NCBI GenBank assembly: GCA_963724655.1 | Contig: CAVRVG010000009.1 | Location: 46,555-110,554 of the forward strand | Source of the DNA: an uncultured Actinomycetes bacterium | GTDB taxonomy: Bacteria; Actinomycetota; Thermoleophilia; Gaiellales; Gaiellaceae | Direction: 5' to 3' | Length of the DNA stretch: 64,000 nt | Shown: one piece after another, positions 50,923 through 62,615 of the stretch | Position numbering within the stretch: position 1 is the first letter of the stretch | How the letters are laid out: every line of letters begins with the position of its first letter | Notes under the pieces: model-generated | Databases searched by the model: none | Told to the model about the DNA's origin: nothing | Seen by the model: the letters and a program-made list of their open reading frames with translations, nothing else | Position numbers and translations under genes: made by a program

Positions 50923-51881
50923 CAGTGGCGACGAGCGTTGCCTGTCTCGTCGACGTGGCGCTTGTACGCCTCCACGATCCGTTGGACGAGCTTGTGGCGC
51001 ACGACATCCTCGTGACCGAACTCGACGAAGCCGATGCCGTCGATCGACGTGAGGATGTTCCTCACCTGGATCAACCCGGATGCCTGCTCTCGCGGAAGGT
51101 CGATCTGCGTCACGTCGCCCGTGACGACCATTCGAGACCCGAACCCGAGCCGCGTCAGGAACATCTGCATTTGCTCCGGAGTCGTGTTCTGCGCCTCGTC
51201 GAGGATGATGAACGAGTCGTTCAGCGTCCTGCCCCGCATGAAGGCGAGCGGCGCAACTTCGATCGTGCCGCGATCGATGTACGCGTTCAGCCTGTCGGGG
51301 TCCATCGTGTCGTAGAGCGCGTCGAACAGCGGGCGCATATAGGGGTCGACCTTCGCCGCGAGGTCACCGGGCAGGAAACCGAGGCGCTCGCCGGCTTCCA
51401 CCGCGGGCCGGGTGAGGATGATCCGCCCAACCCTCTTCTCCGACAGCGCGGAGACCGCAAGCGCGATCGCGAGATACGTCTTGCCGGTACCGGCCGGGCC
51501 GATACCGAAGGTGACGGTCGAGCCGCGGATCGCCTCCACGTATCGCCTTTGCGTGACCGTCTTCGGCGCGATCTTCTTCCCACGGTGGGACCACACCACG
51601 TCTTCGAGGACGTCGCGAATGTGCTCGGCCTGGTCGAGAGCCACGACAACCGCTCCGACCGTTTCCGGGCCGATCGTGTGGCCTCCTTCGACAAGCTCCA
51701 CGAGCTCGTCGACGACAGCGCGGGCGGCAACCACGTCGTCGTCCTCTCCGTCGAGCGTCAACCGGTTGCCACGGAGCGAGATCGCGCATCCAAGCCGCTC
51801 GCGCAACGTCGCCAGCACCCCGTCGGTGACGCCGGCGAGCTCTGCAGCAACCTCGTTCGGAACGGTGATCACATCCTGCAC
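50922..51881 (-). CDS. phoH: PhoH-family ATPase
   Basis: GPAGTGKT, LTRPAVEAGE.LGFLPGD, APLAFMRGRT, LDEAQN, DVVRH.LV. Confidence 0.95.
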   Translation of the reverse strand: MQDVITVPNEVAAELAGVTDGVLATLRERLGCAISLRGNRLTLDGEDDDVVAARAVVDELVELVEGGHTIGPETVGAVVVALDQAEHIRDVLEDVVWSHRGKKIAPKTVTQRRYVEAIRGSTVTFGIGPAGTGKTYLAIALAVSALSEKRVGRIILTRPAVEAGERLGFLPGDLAAKVDPYMRPLFDALYDTMDPDRLNAYIDRGTIEVAPLAFMRGRTLNDSFIILDEAQNTTPEQMQMFLTRLGFGSRMVVTGDVTQIDLPREQASGLIQVRNILTSIDGIGFVEFGHEDVVRHKLVQRIVEAYKRHVDETGNARRH

Positions 51882-51998
51882 GGATCCAGTGTAAGCGTCG
51901 CCGGATACGGAGCCGGAGGCGCGCAGGAGATCGCGCGACCCGAGCGCGCAAGGTGCATGCGGGGTGGTCAGCGACGACCAGCGCAGTACCCTTCGTGC

Positions 51999-52382
51999 AT
52001 GAAGGCGCAGCTTGTGTTGTACGACGAGGACTGTGGCATCTGCACGGCGTTCGCGATGAGGGTCGAGCAGCTTGGAGTCCCCGTCGCCGCGATCGGATCT
52101 CCCCAGGGTGAGCGCTGGCTGCACGACCTCACGCCGGCCGAGCGCTATTCCTCGTTCCATGCGATCGACGAGCTCGGCGACCGGCACTCCTCGGGCGCCG
52201 CTGTCCCCGTTGTTGCCCGCGCGCTGCCAGGCGGACGACCCCTGGCCGCGATCGCCGCCGCCTTTCCCCGGCTGACCGAGGCCCTCTATCTGCGCTTCGC
52301 GCGCAATCGGCACCGCATCTCGGCGATCCTGGGAACCCGCGCGTGCGGAGCTACGCGAGTTTCTCGCGAACGACCTGACTGA
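51999..52382 (+). CDS. DCC1-like thiol-disulfide oxidoreductase family protein
   Basis: LYDEDCGIC (DxxCxxC), SG..A, Y..FARNRH.IS. Confidence 0.8.
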   Translation: MKAQLVLYDEDCGICTAFAMRVEQLGVPVAAIGSPQGERWLHDLTPAERYSSFHAIDELGDRHSSGAAVPVVARALPGGRPLAAIAAAFPRLTEALYLRFARNRHRISAILGTRACGATRVSRERPD

Positions 52383-52794
52383 CCACAGAGCCGTCGGCAC
52401 GACCGGACACCCGGGGCATCACGTCTGCCATCACACGGCCGAGGTCACGCAGCGAGGTGGCACCGACCTCCGCGATCACGTCATCGACGATCTCGTCGAT
52501 CGCATCGTCTGACAGCTGATCGGGCATGAACTCCTCGATCACGTCGAGCTCGTCTTCCTCGCCTTCGGCCTGCTCCTCTCGCCCCGCAGCCCGATAGGCC
52601 TCGATGGCTTCGACCCGCTTCTTCCGCTCGCGCTGAAGAACCTGGAGCGACTCGTCATCCGAAAGCGGGCGTTGGAGGTCCTTCTCGGCCGAGCGAAGGG
52701 CGCTGAGCAGCAACGCGAGCGCGTCGCGGCGATCGGCAACGCGACCGAGCCGCGCGGCCTTGAGCTCCTCTTCGATTTCTGCGACAAGGTTCAT
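52351..52794 (-). CDS. GatB/YqeY domain protein
   Basis: REKKR.EAIEAY..AGR, E..E...I..FMP.QLS, DLGRVM, GRADG. Confidence 0.9.
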   Translation of the reverse strand: MNLVAEIEEELKAARLGRVADRRDALALLLSALRSAEKDLQRPLSDDESLQVLQRERKKRVEAIEAYRAAGREEQAEGEEDELDVIEEFMPDQLSDDAIDEIVDDVIAEVGATSLRDLGRVMADVMPRVSGRADGSVVSQVVREKLA

Positions 52795-53141
52795 TCGAAC
52801 CCGGGCAGGCTACCGCCGCCCCCGAGAACATGCCAGTGCAGGTGGAAAACGGTCTGACCGCCCCCTGCACCGACGTTGACGACGACCCGGTAGTCCTCGA
52901 GCCCGGCAAGCCGTGCCGTCTCCGCGACGAACTGGAGCATTCGGGCCGCTTCGTCGTCAGGGAACAGGTCGACGTCACGGAACGTGTCGACGTGACGGGC
53001 CGGGAGGACGAGCAGGTGCGTGGGCGCCTTTGGGGAGATGTCAGGGATCGCTACGAATCCATCGCGGGCGTGGACGTGCGGCCCTTCGGCAACGAGTCGA
53101 CAGAAGAGACACTCGGGGTTCGACGCGGGCTCAGGCGACAC
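52791..53141 (-). CDS. HIT-family nucleotide hydrolase
   Basis: CLFC, DISPKAPTH.LV.P, GQTVFHLHWHVLGG. Confidence 0.92.
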   Translation of the reverse strand: MSPEPASNPECLFCRLVAEGPHVHARDGFVAIPDISPKAPTHLLVLPARHVDTFRDVDLFPDDEAARMLQFVAETARLAGLEDYRVVVNVGAGGGQTVFHLHWHVLGGGGSLPGFE

Positions 53142-54327
53142 GCGCGAGCACCCCTTCGTCCGCGACATCGTGCGCCAGCGCGTCGACGAACGTTCCCGGC
53201 TCGGCGTCGACGAGCCACGGCACATAGTCGTCTCCGTACCCGCGACCCGGGCGGTCCACGAGGATCCGCTCGGTTGTCCCGACCTTTCGCTCCCAACGCC
53301 GCTGACACAGCTCGTGCGACAGCGAGCGCAGCCGCGCGCCGCGCTCGCGCTTTACCGCGGTTGGAACGCGATCGTCGTCAGCGGTCCGAGTTCCGGGTCG
53401 TGGCGAGTACGGAAAGACGTGCACCTTGGTGATGCCCACCTTCTCGACGACGCGAAGCGTCTCGCAAAACGCTGCCTCGTCCTCGCCCGGGAAGCCGACG
53501 ATGACGTCGGTCGTGAGGTTGAACGCCTCGACGAGCGGCGCGACCCGTGCGATGTACTGAGCCGCCGTGTAGCGTCGGCCCATCGCGTGTAGCACTCCAT
53601 CGTCGCCGGACTGCAACGGCACGTGGAGGTGGGGTGACACAGACGGTGTCTCGTGCATCGCGGCCAACAGGTCATCGTTGACGTGGTTCACCTCGATCGA
53701 GGAGAGCCGTAGGCGCTCGAGCCCGTCGATGGCGCCGGCCTCGCGGATGAGCCGGGCAAGGGTGAAACCGGCCGGTCGATCACGGAAGCAGCCAAGATTC
53801 ACACCCGTGAGCACGACCTCCCGATGACCCTGGAGGACGCGCCGCTCGATCTCGGCGAGCACCGCGGCGGCCGTGCGGCTGCGCGTTGCTCCGCGCACGA
53901 GCGGGATCACGCAGAAGCCGCACGAGAATGAGCAGCCGTCCTGGATCTTGACGAAGGCGCGAACCCGATCGAGGCGATGCTCGGCTTGCACGCAGCCGAT
54001 TGCACCGACATCGCCGGCGACGAAGGCTGCCGCCTCATCGCCCGTGGTGCCCGTGACGACGACGTTCTCGGGCAGGCCACGAAGCGCACCGTCGAGGTTC
54101 GTGGCGCAGCCCGTCAGGTACACGGTCTTCGCGCTCCGAGACGCGCGCGAGGCCGCCTGGCGCGACTTGGAGACCGCCTCGTGCGTCACGCAGCAGGTGT
54201 TGACGACCTCGATCTCGCCGCCGCGCTCAACCTCGAGATGCCCATCGGAGAGCAGGCGCTCACGGATCGCCTGCGCATCTGCGAATGAGACCTTGCAGCC
54301 CAGGAATCGCGCCGAGAACGTCGCCAT
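53131..54327 (-). CDS. mtaB: tRNA methylthiotransferase, MtaB-type radical SAM
   Basis: LGCKVS, VNTCCVT, GC, KIQDGCSFSCGFC, RLSSIE, HVPLQSG, HVFPYSPRPGT. Confidence 0.88.
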   Translation of the reverse strand: MATFSARFLGCKVSFADAQAIRERLLSDGHLEVERGGEIEVVNTCCVTHEAVSKSRQAASRASRSAKTVYLTGCATNLDGALRGLPENVVVTGTTGDEAAAFVAGDVGAIGCVQAEHRLDRVRAFVKIQDGCSFSCGFCVIPLVRGATRSRTAAAVLAEIERRVLQGHREVVLTGVNLGCFRDRPAGFTLARLIREAGAIDGLERLRLSSIEVNHVNDDLLAAMHETPSVSPHLHVPLQSGDDGVLHAMGRRYTAAQYIARVAPLVEAFNLTTDVIVGFPGEDEAAFCETLRVVEKVGITKVHVFPYSPRPGTRTADDDRVPTAVKRERGARLRSLSHELCQRRWERKVGTTERILVDRPGRGYGDDYVPWLVDAEPGTFVDALAHDVADEGVLARVA

Positions 54328-54357
54328 CCGGGCATCGTAGAGCGTTCTGACCTTGGG

Positions 54358-55122
54358 CTACGTCCTGCGGCGAAAGGTGTCGGCCGCCCAGCCGTCCAGC
54401 TCGAGGCGGTCGATCGGAGCCCAGCCTTCGACCCGAGGTTGCTCCCCGACGAGGTAGCCGGACGTGATCGCGACGGCTGCGTCGAGTCGGGCGAGGATGG
54501 CAGCCACTGGTGCGAGGAGGACGTTCGCGACGGCCACGTCGGCGCGCGGCATCGACCCCGTCACGCCGTCGGCGAGCCGCACGTCGAGGCTCACCCCGTT
54601 GACCTCCGCGTTCGCGCGCGTCACGGCCACCGCAACCGGGTCGTTGTCGACTGCAACGACCGGGTCGAAGCCGAGGTGCGAAGCCGCGATCGCCAGCACG
54701 CCGGAGCCGCAGCCGATGTCGAGCAGCGATCCGCGCGACTGTCGCGCGAGCAACGCCAGGCAGAGACGGGTCGTCGCGTGCGCGCCTGTTCCGAATGCGA
54801 GCCCGGGATCGATGATCACCGCGGGCGAGCCTTCCGGCGGGACCTCCCACGGCGGTCCGATCCAGAGACCTCCGACAACGATCGAGCGGTGGAATGCCCG
54901 CCAGCCGTCCTCCCATCCCGGCGCAACCTCGGTGATGCGCGCTTCCGGAAACACCGACCGGATCCGCGTCTCTTCTCCGGGATCGACGTAGACCGCGAGC
55001 TCGACGAGCTCCGCTTTCGTGATCTCCTCGAGCCCTCCGGGCACGAGCTCGAGGAGCCGAGCCGCACTCGAGTCGGCGAGCGCCTCGGGTACCTCGATCG
55101 CAATGCGAAGAAGCCGGCTCAA
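54358..55122 (-). CDS. prmA: Ribosomal protein L11 methyltransferase
   Basis: PPW, IDPGLAFGTGAHATT, LDIGCGSGVLA, VAN. Confidence 0.92.
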   Translation of the reverse strand: MSRLLRIAIEVPEALADSSAARLLELVPGGLEEITKAELVELAVYVDPGEETRIRSVFPEARITEVAPGWEDGWRAFHRSIVVGGLWIGPPWEVPPEGSPAVIIDPGLAFGTGAHATTRLCLALLARQSRGSLLDIGCGSGVLAIAASHLGFDPVVAVDNDPVAVAVTRANAEVNGVSLDVRLADGVTGSMPRADVAVANVLLAPVAAILARLDAAVAITSGYLVGEQPRVEGWAPIDRLELDGWAADTFRRRT

Positions 55123-55131
55123 AACGGCGAC

Positions 55132-56259
55132 TCAGCGGAAGGCGCCGCGCAGCCGTGCGAAGAAGCCCTCGTCCTCGTCGCCGGCATACGGCTCGGTTCC
55201 GAGCTCGTCCTCGAGCGCCAGGACGTGAGTGCGCTGCTCGGCGGTGAGCCTGCGCGGAATCCGAACGCCGACATGCACCAGAAGATCTCCGCGACGCCCG
55301 GTGTCGAGCGAGGGCATCCCACGTCCCCGGACCCGGAGTAGATGACCCGGTTGGGTGCCGGCCGGGACGTCTATCGCATACGGCCCCTCGGGCGTCACAA
55401 CCTCGACGGTCGCTCCGATCGCAGCTTGGGTCATCGTGAGATCCGCGATGGTGACGAGGTCGTTGCCATCGCGCTCGACCCCATCGAGCGGTGCCACACC
55501 GATGTGGACGTAGACGTCGCCTGCAGGCCCATCGCCCGGCCCGGCGTGCCCGTCCCCACGGATCCTGATCCGCTGACCGTCGTGGATACCTGCCGGGATG
55601 TCGACCTCGAGCACCACGTCCTCGATCGTCCTCCCGTCCCCGTCGCAACGCTGACAGGGGCTTTCGATCTCGCGACCCGAGCCGTCGCAACGCGGGCAGG
55701 CACCGGTGCGCATCACCTGACCAAAGACGCTTTGTGCGACCTGCCGAACACGTCCGGCCCCGCCACACCCTGGGCAGACCGTGATCTCGGAGCCCTCCGC
55801 GGCACCGGTCCCGCCGCATTCACCGCAGTGCTTCGCTACGCGAGCGTCGACCTTGACCGACACCCCGGTGAGGGCCTCGGCAAGGCTGATTTGCGTGGCG
55901 ACCGCGAGATCTGCGCCTCGCGTAGACCGTTGCGCCGTATTCCCTCCACCGAAGAGCCCTTCCCCGAAGAACGCCGAGAAGACATCCGACAGGTTGCCAA
56001 GATCGAACTCGCTCGGCTGAAACCCACCTCCGCGTAGACCGGCGTGCCCGAAGCGGTCGTACGTGCGTCGGCGCTCGGGATCGGAGAGCACCTCGTACGC
56101 CTCGGCCACCTGCCGAAACCGCTCCTGAGCATCGGGTGCGTCACTGACGTCGGGATGCAGCTCGCGAGCAAGCGTCCGGAACGCACGCTTGATCTCCTCG
56201 TCGGTGGCTCCCTTGTCGAGCCCGAGCAGCTCGTAGTAGTCACGTTCGGCGGTTGCCAC
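55132..56259 (-). CDS. dnaJ: Chaperone DnaJ
   Basis: DYYELLG, HPD, AYEVLSD, four CxxCxGxG zinc motifs, C-terminal domain. Confidence 0.96.
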   Translation of the reverse strand: MATAERDYYELLGLDKGATDEEIKRAFRTLARELHPDVSDAPDAQERFRQVAEAYEVLSDPERRRTYDRFGHAGLRGGGFQPSEFDLGNLSDVFSAFFGEGLFGGGNTAQRSTRGADLAVATQISLAEALTGVSVKVDARVAKHCGECGGTGAAEGSEITVCPGCGGAGRVRQVAQSVFGQVMRTGACPRCDGSGREIESPCQRCDGDGRTIEDVVLEVDIPAGIHDGQRIRIRGDGHAGPGDGPAGDVYVHIGVAPLDGVERDGNDLVTIADLTMTQAAIGATVEVVTPEGPYAIDVPAGTQPGHLLRVRGRGMPSLDTGRRGDLLVHVGVRIPRRLTAEQRTHVLALEDELGTEPYAGDEDEGFFARLRGAFR

Positions 56260-56260
56260 T

Positions 56261-56308
56261 AGATGGTTGGTTTCGGATTGGCGTGCGGAAATTCGGGATC
56301 AACCATCT
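56261..56308. other. Imperfect hairpin filling the hrcA-dnaJ spacer
   Basis: AGATGGTTG (56261-69) and CAACCATCT (56300-08) form perfect outer arms; the stem extends to 19 bp with G-U pairs on the plus strand. Confidence 0.6.
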
Positions 56309-56311
56309 GAG

Positions 56312-57337
56312 CTAAACGTCCTCGTAGACCTCTTCGACGAGCCGCGACAGCTCGAACGCGGCCGCGCGCACCGAGTTGATCGCCTTCTCGTAATCCATCC
56401 GGAGCGGCCCGATGAGCGCGACAGCGCCGAGCGAGCGGGTCGAAAGCCCGTACGTCGAGCGCACGTACGACACGTCCCGCAGCTCCTCCCCATCGAGCTC
56501 CGGCCCGACGCGCACCACGGTCCGCCTCGGGTCGAGCGCTTCGGAGAGAACCGCGAGCACCGCGTGGCGGCGCTCGAGCACCTCGAGCAGGTGTTGGCAT
56601 GCCTCGAGCTCTTCTCCACGCGCTTCGCCGAGCATGCTCGCGGCGCCGCCGACGAAGAGCTGCGTGTCCTGCCCGAGAAGGTCGGCGAACACGGGCCGAA
56701 TCGTGTCGAGAAAGCGTCGCTCGCGCGGCGACAGCGTCGGGTCCTCGAGGCGACGCCGAAGAGTGCTCGCGCCGAGGCGGAGGCCGGCGGCAGTCTCATT
56801 GAGATACGCCCGAGCCCACTCGACGATCCCTGGATCGACAGGCTCCTCGAGCTCGAACACCCGCTTCGAGATCCCACCGGACGCGGTGATCACGACGACG
56901 ATGACGACGCGCGGCTGGAGCTGCAGCACCTCGACGTGGCGGACGGCGGCCGCTTCGATCGACGGCCCCGAGACGAGTGCGAGCAAGTGGGTCGCGTCGG
57001 AGAGCGTCTCGGTCGTGCGCCGCAACGCCTCCTCGAGCTCGTTGCGCATCGTCGTGAGATCGACCGGGAACGGGTCGGGGCGACCCTCGATCGTGCCGAC
57101 GAGGCTCTCCGCGAACAGGCGGTAGCCGCTCTCGGTCGGAATGCGACCTGCCGAGGTGTGCGGGTGCGTGAGGAGCCCGAGGGTCTCGAGCTCGGCAAGC
57201 TCGCTGCGGACGGTCGACGACGACACGTCGAGCTCCGAGCGCTCGACCAGCACCCGCGATCCGACCGGCTGTCCCGTCGCGACGAACTCCTCGACGACGC
57301 GACGGAGAATCTCGCGCTTGCGGGTGCTCAGCTCCAT
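56312..57337 (-). CDS. hrcA: Heat-inducible transcription repressor HrcA
   Basis: R..IL..VVEEF..TGQPVGS, SSSTVR.EL, HPHTSAGRIPT..GYR, IGPLRMDY. Confidence 0.95.
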   Translation of the reverse strand: MELSTRKREILRRVVEEFVATGQPVGSRVLVERSELDVSSSTVRSELAELETLGLLTHPHTSAGRIPTESGYRLFAESLVGTIEGRPDPFPVDLTTMRNELEEALRRTTETLSDATHLLALVSGPSIEAAAVRHVEVLQLQPRVVIVVVITASGGISKRVFELEEPVDPGIVEWARAYLNETAAGLRLGASTLRRRLEDPTLSPRERRFLDTIRPVFADLLGQDTQLFVGGAASMLGEARGEELEACQHLLEVLERRHAVLAVLSEALDPRRTVVRVGPELDGEELRDVSYVRSTYGLSTRSLGAVALIGPLRMDYEKAINSVRAAAFELSRLVEEVYEDV

Positions 57338-57356
57338 CCGATGATGGTAGCTCGGG

Positions 57357-58463
57357 CTATCCCGCGAGCAACGCGGCGGTGACCGCATCACCGAGCAACC
57401 GCCCGCGACGCGTGAGCATGATCCCGCCACCGACTTGCTCGACGAGGCCCCGATCGGTCAGGCGCGTCAACTCGGCGGCATCGATCAGCGGCTCGAGCCC
57501 ATCGAGTGCAAGGGGCACATCGAGTCGTAGGCCCAGCATGAGGCGCTCGACCGCTTGTGTGTCCGCAGTGAGCACCTCGACCTCGTGTGGCGCGCGCTCG
57601 TTCGCGCCGAGCGCCGCAAGATAGCGTCCGACAGAAGGCGCGTTGCGACGGCGCTGCGAGTCCACCGTCGACACCGCGCCGACGCCGATCCCGAGGTAGT
57701 CGTGACCCGACCAGTACCCCAGGTTGTGGGTGGCTCGGAGGTCACGCTGCTCCCTCCGGCAAAAGTTCGCGGTCTCGTACCAGCGGAAGCCGGCGGCAAC
57801 GAGGGTCTCGACGACGCGCTCGACGTAGTCCTCCATCGCCTCGGCCTGCCGCTCGAGCTCGGCCCCCCAGGCATGGGTGAAACGCGTGCCGGGCTTTGCC
57901 TCGAGCTCGTAGGCCGAGAGGTGCTCCGGCCCGAGCGCGAGCGCTTGCTCGAGGTCATCCTCGAGATCCGCGGGGGTCTGTCCAGGAATGCCGTAGATGA
58001 GGTCGAGCGAGATGTTGTCGAATCCTGCTTCCCGAAGGATCGCGAACGCCCGACGGACGTGGTCGGGCGTCGCCTGGCGCTCGAGGGTCTCGAGCAGGCG
58101 AGGTTGAAACGATTGCGCGCCGAGTGAGATCCGCGTTACGCGGTTCTCCCGGAGCAGTGCCGCAAGGGCAGGGGTGACGGTCTCGGGGTTGGCCTCGACG
58201 GTCACCTCGTCGGCGGCCGGTAGCGCACCGAGAACCCGACGCAGGGCTACAGGCTCGGTGTAGGTCGGAGTTCCCCCTCCGATGAACACGGTCTCCAGCC
58301 CGTCGGCAAGCACGGAGCCTTCGCGGTCGAGCTCGCGAAGCAGCGCCCTGGCGTACGGGTCGTGCTCATCGTTTCGTCCGACGGAGGTGACGAAGTCGCA
58401 GTAGCCGCACCGGTGCGCGCAGAAGGGAAGATGGACGTAGAGGTGCTGGACGCCAGTCGTCAT
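57357..58463 (-). CDS. hemW: Radical SAM heme chaperone HemW
   Basis: LYVHLPFCAHRCGYCDF, FIGGGTP, EANP, DLIYGIPGQ, YE.ANF, HNLGYW. Confidence 0.92.
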   Translation of the reverse strand: MTTGVQHLYVHLPFCAHRCGYCDFVTSVGRNDEHDPYARALLRELDREGSVLADGLETVFIGGGTPTYTEPVALRRVLGALPAADEVTVEANPETVTPALAALLRENRVTRISLGAQSFQPRLLETLERQATPDHVRRAFAILREAGFDNISLDLIYGIPGQTPADLEDDLEQALALGPEHLSAYELEAKPGTRFTHAWGAELERQAEAMEDYVERVVETLVAAGFRWYETANFCRREQRDLRATHNLGYWSGHDYLGIGVGAVSTVDSQRRRNAPSVGRYLAALGANERAPHEVEVLTADTQAVERLMLGLRLDVPLALDGLEPLIDAAELTRLTDRGLVEQVGGGIMLTRRGRLLGDAVTAALLAG

Positions 58464-58478
58464 CCGGGCGGCCCGGGG

Positions 58479-60269
<1,791 letters not shown>

Positions 60270-60375
60270 AGGTCCGCGGATCGTAGCCGCGGTGCGGTTT
60301 TCCCTGGAAATAGTCGTTTCCACGTCGACCGCGTCTAGAGGTCGGCCATGCTTGCTCGGGTCGAGAAGCCCGACG

Positions 60376-60877
60376 CTACGGGACCCAGCCGGGCAACTCC
60401 GACGCCTGCCGGATCCAGCTCGCCAAGAGCTCCTGGTCGAGCTGGTCGTTCTCGTAAAGGTCGACGTAGCGCGTGTCCTTGGTCTTGGATTCGCCGGGGG
60501 GTAGCGGACGCAGCGACGTGCCGCGGAAGAAGGCCACCTTGACGTAAGCGGTGAAGCAATGGAAGTTGAGGAACCAGCCCTGGCCCTCGATCCCATAGAA
60601 AGGTGAGTTCCACTTCACGGCCTTATGCACATTCGGCACGGTGCGCACGATGAGCCGGTCGAGTTGGCGCCCCACGTCGCGTTTCCAACCCGGCATGGCC
60701 GCGATGTAGGCCTGTACGGGGGCGTCGCCGTCGGCCTTCGCGATCTGTGGGTTGCCGCCCGCGAGCAGAACCGGCGTCGCGGCCGCGGGGCGACTCCTGC
60801 TCGTGGGCGCGTTGGATCGCGCGCCTTTGCCCGGCGACCCCCGGGGGCTTGTTCGCGGCGGGTTGCTCGTTGGTCAT
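60376..60877 (-). CDS. DUF1801 domain protein; frameshift in the N-terminal part
   Basis: [50 protein letters not shown]; AGGAGG RBS before the ATG at 60877. Confidence 0.82.
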
Positions 60878-60926
60878 TTGGGCTCCTCCTGTTCGGGACT
60901 CTAGTGACCCGACTCGCCGGTGCGAC

Positions 60927-62558
60927 TCAGGGAGTTCCTTCGTCGTTCCACCCAGCCGGACGCGTCGACGGAGACCGATGCGTGAGTGCGCCCAGCGACC
61001 CGATCTCGCGGATCCCAAGGGTGCGCCCGGCGAGGAGGTACACCCCCGCGGCTGCGCCCAGCCCGAGTCCGACGGAGGCGATCTGCGCCAGCAGCGTCCG
61101 TCCCAGAAGGTCGTCGACGAGCCACCAGGCAGCGAAGGCGACGGCGCCGACCACCACCGAGGCGGCGACGATCTTCGCCAGGGCGACGACTGTGGCGCGT
61201 TCGTCAATGCCCTCGACGCGCGGTCGCAGGAGAATGAGCAGGGCAGCTGCGCCGACGAGGTTCGCGATCGAGGTCGCGAGCGGAATACCCCAGACACCGA
61301 CGCGATAGAGGGCGAGGTCGAGAAGCGCGTTCAAGGCAAGGTTTCCGAGCGCGACGAGCGTCGGCACCCAGTTCGACTGCAGGCCGTAGTAGGCGCGATT
61401 GAGCATCAGCATCCAGCCGTTGAAGACGAGGCCGATCGAGAAGGCGGCGAGGGCGCCCGCCACGACCGGGGTCTGGTCGGGAGTGAACGCCCCGCGCTCG
61501 TAGACGAGACGTACGATCGGCTCGGCCAGCACCGCGGAGATGACTCCGGCCGGGATGAGGAGAAAGCCGATCTGACGCAGTCCCGTGTCGAGGGTCTGCC
61601 CGAAGCCGCTCATGTCACGGCGGGCTGCCAGCCGTGCGAGCGTCGGGAAGAGCACGGTGGCGACGGCGACCGAGAAGATCCCCTGCGGGAGCATGTAGAG
61701 CCTGAAGGCGAGATCGATCGCGCGGGGAGCGAGTTCCGGGTCGATCAGCCGGGACGCGAACGCCATCCCGATGAGCGTGTTGATGTTGATCAGCCCGAGC
61801 GCCAGGGTCACGGGCAACATCAGGGTGAGGAACTTCTTGACCGCAGGGTCGCGCCAGTCGAACGCAAGACGGAAGCGCCCGTCGAGCCCACGCAGCCACG
61901 GCAGCGGCAGCAGAAGCTGGACGAACGTGGCGACGACGATCGCTCCGGCGTACCAGTAGAGCTCTGCCTCGTCGCCGTTCGCCGTGGGAACGCCGATCGC
62001 GAGCCCGAGGATGATGACGAGGTTCCAGGCGACCGGCGTCAGAGCCGGGACGGTGAAGTGGTCGTAGGAGTTGAGAACACCCACCACGATCCCGGAGAGG
62101 CCGAGCAAGACGACGATCGGGAAGAGGATGCGCGAGAGCGTGACCGCGAGGTCAACATCGCCGCCAGGGTCGCCGAAGAGACCGATGACCAGCGGTGCGA
62201 TGAGGACGAAGATCGCGGTCATGGCACCGGTTATGAGGAGGATCAGCCAAAGGATGGTCGAGGCGACGCGCCAGGCGCGGACGCGCTCCCCCTTCTCGAG
62301 GAGCTCGCTGAACACCGGGACGAAGGCACCCGACAGCGCCGAGTCGGCGACGAGCGCCCGCACGAGGTTCGGGATCGCGAAGGCGACGGTGAAGGCGTTG
62401 ATCCGGCCCGAAGCCCCGAAGGCATAGGCGGCGACGATCTCCCTGACGAGGCCAAGCAGACGCGAGAGCCCGGTCGCGATCCCGAAGACGGCCGTCGAGC
62501 GCGCAAGATGACGCCGGTGCTCACGGGCGGGCGTCGGGTCAGGGAGTGGATCGGTCAA
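60927..62558 (-). CDS. murJ: Lipid II flippase MurJ
   Basis: SRLLGLVRE, AF.IPN, AFVPVF, RLYMLPQG, YERGAF; TTG start at 62558. Confidence 0.93.
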   Translation of the reverse strand: MTDPLPDPTPAREHRRHLARSTAVFGIATGLSRLLGLVREIVAAYAFGASGRINAFTVAFAIPNLVRALVADSALSGAFVPVFSELLEKGERVRAWRVASTILWLILLITGAMTAIFVLIAPLVIGLFGDPGGDVDLAVTLSRILFPIVVLLGLSGIVVGVLNSYDHFTVPALTPVAWNLVIILGLAIGVPTANGDEAELYWYAGAIVVATFVQLLLPLPWLRGLDGRFRLAFDWRDPAVKKFLTLMLPVTLALGLININTLIGMAFASRLIDPELAPRAIDLAFRLYMLPQGIFSVAVATVLFPTLARLAARRDMSGFGQTLDTGLRQIGFLLIPAGVISAVLAEPIVRLVYERGAFTPDQTPVVAGALAAFSIGLVFNGWMLMLNRAYYGLQSNWVPTLVALGNLALNALLDLALYRVGVWGIPLATSIANLVGAAALLILLRPRVEGIDERATVVALAKIVAASVVVGAVAFAAWWLVDDLLGRTLLAQIASVGLGLGAAAGVYLLAGRTLGIREIGSLGALTHRSPSTRPAGWNDEGTP

Positions 62559-62560
62559 TT

Positions 62561-62615
62561 GGCACACATTCGGCACAAAGTCGTGACAGCCTTGTGCGTG
62601 TTTCGTTGATAGCGT
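62561..62615 (+). promoter_or_regulatory. Second 11-bp-phased pentamer array (GGCAC, GGCAC, GTGAC) plus -10-like TAGCGT
   Basis: Pentamers start at 62561, 62572 and 62583; TAGCGT at 62610-62615; same layout as 44347-44400. Confidence 0.5.

Noticed and set aside
56260-57360. CIRCE operator near hrcA/dnaJ
   Set aside because: No TTAGCACTC-N9-GAGTGCTAA match was found by eye in the hrcA upstream region or the hrcA-dnaJ spacer.
60747-62609. Long antisense or alternative-frame ORFs (this 620-aa one, 32156..33898, 50925..51998, 19013..20371 and others)
   Set aside because: They are shadow ORFs of well-supported genes, expected in high-GC DNA, with Arg/Pro/Ala-rich translations and no recognisable motifs.
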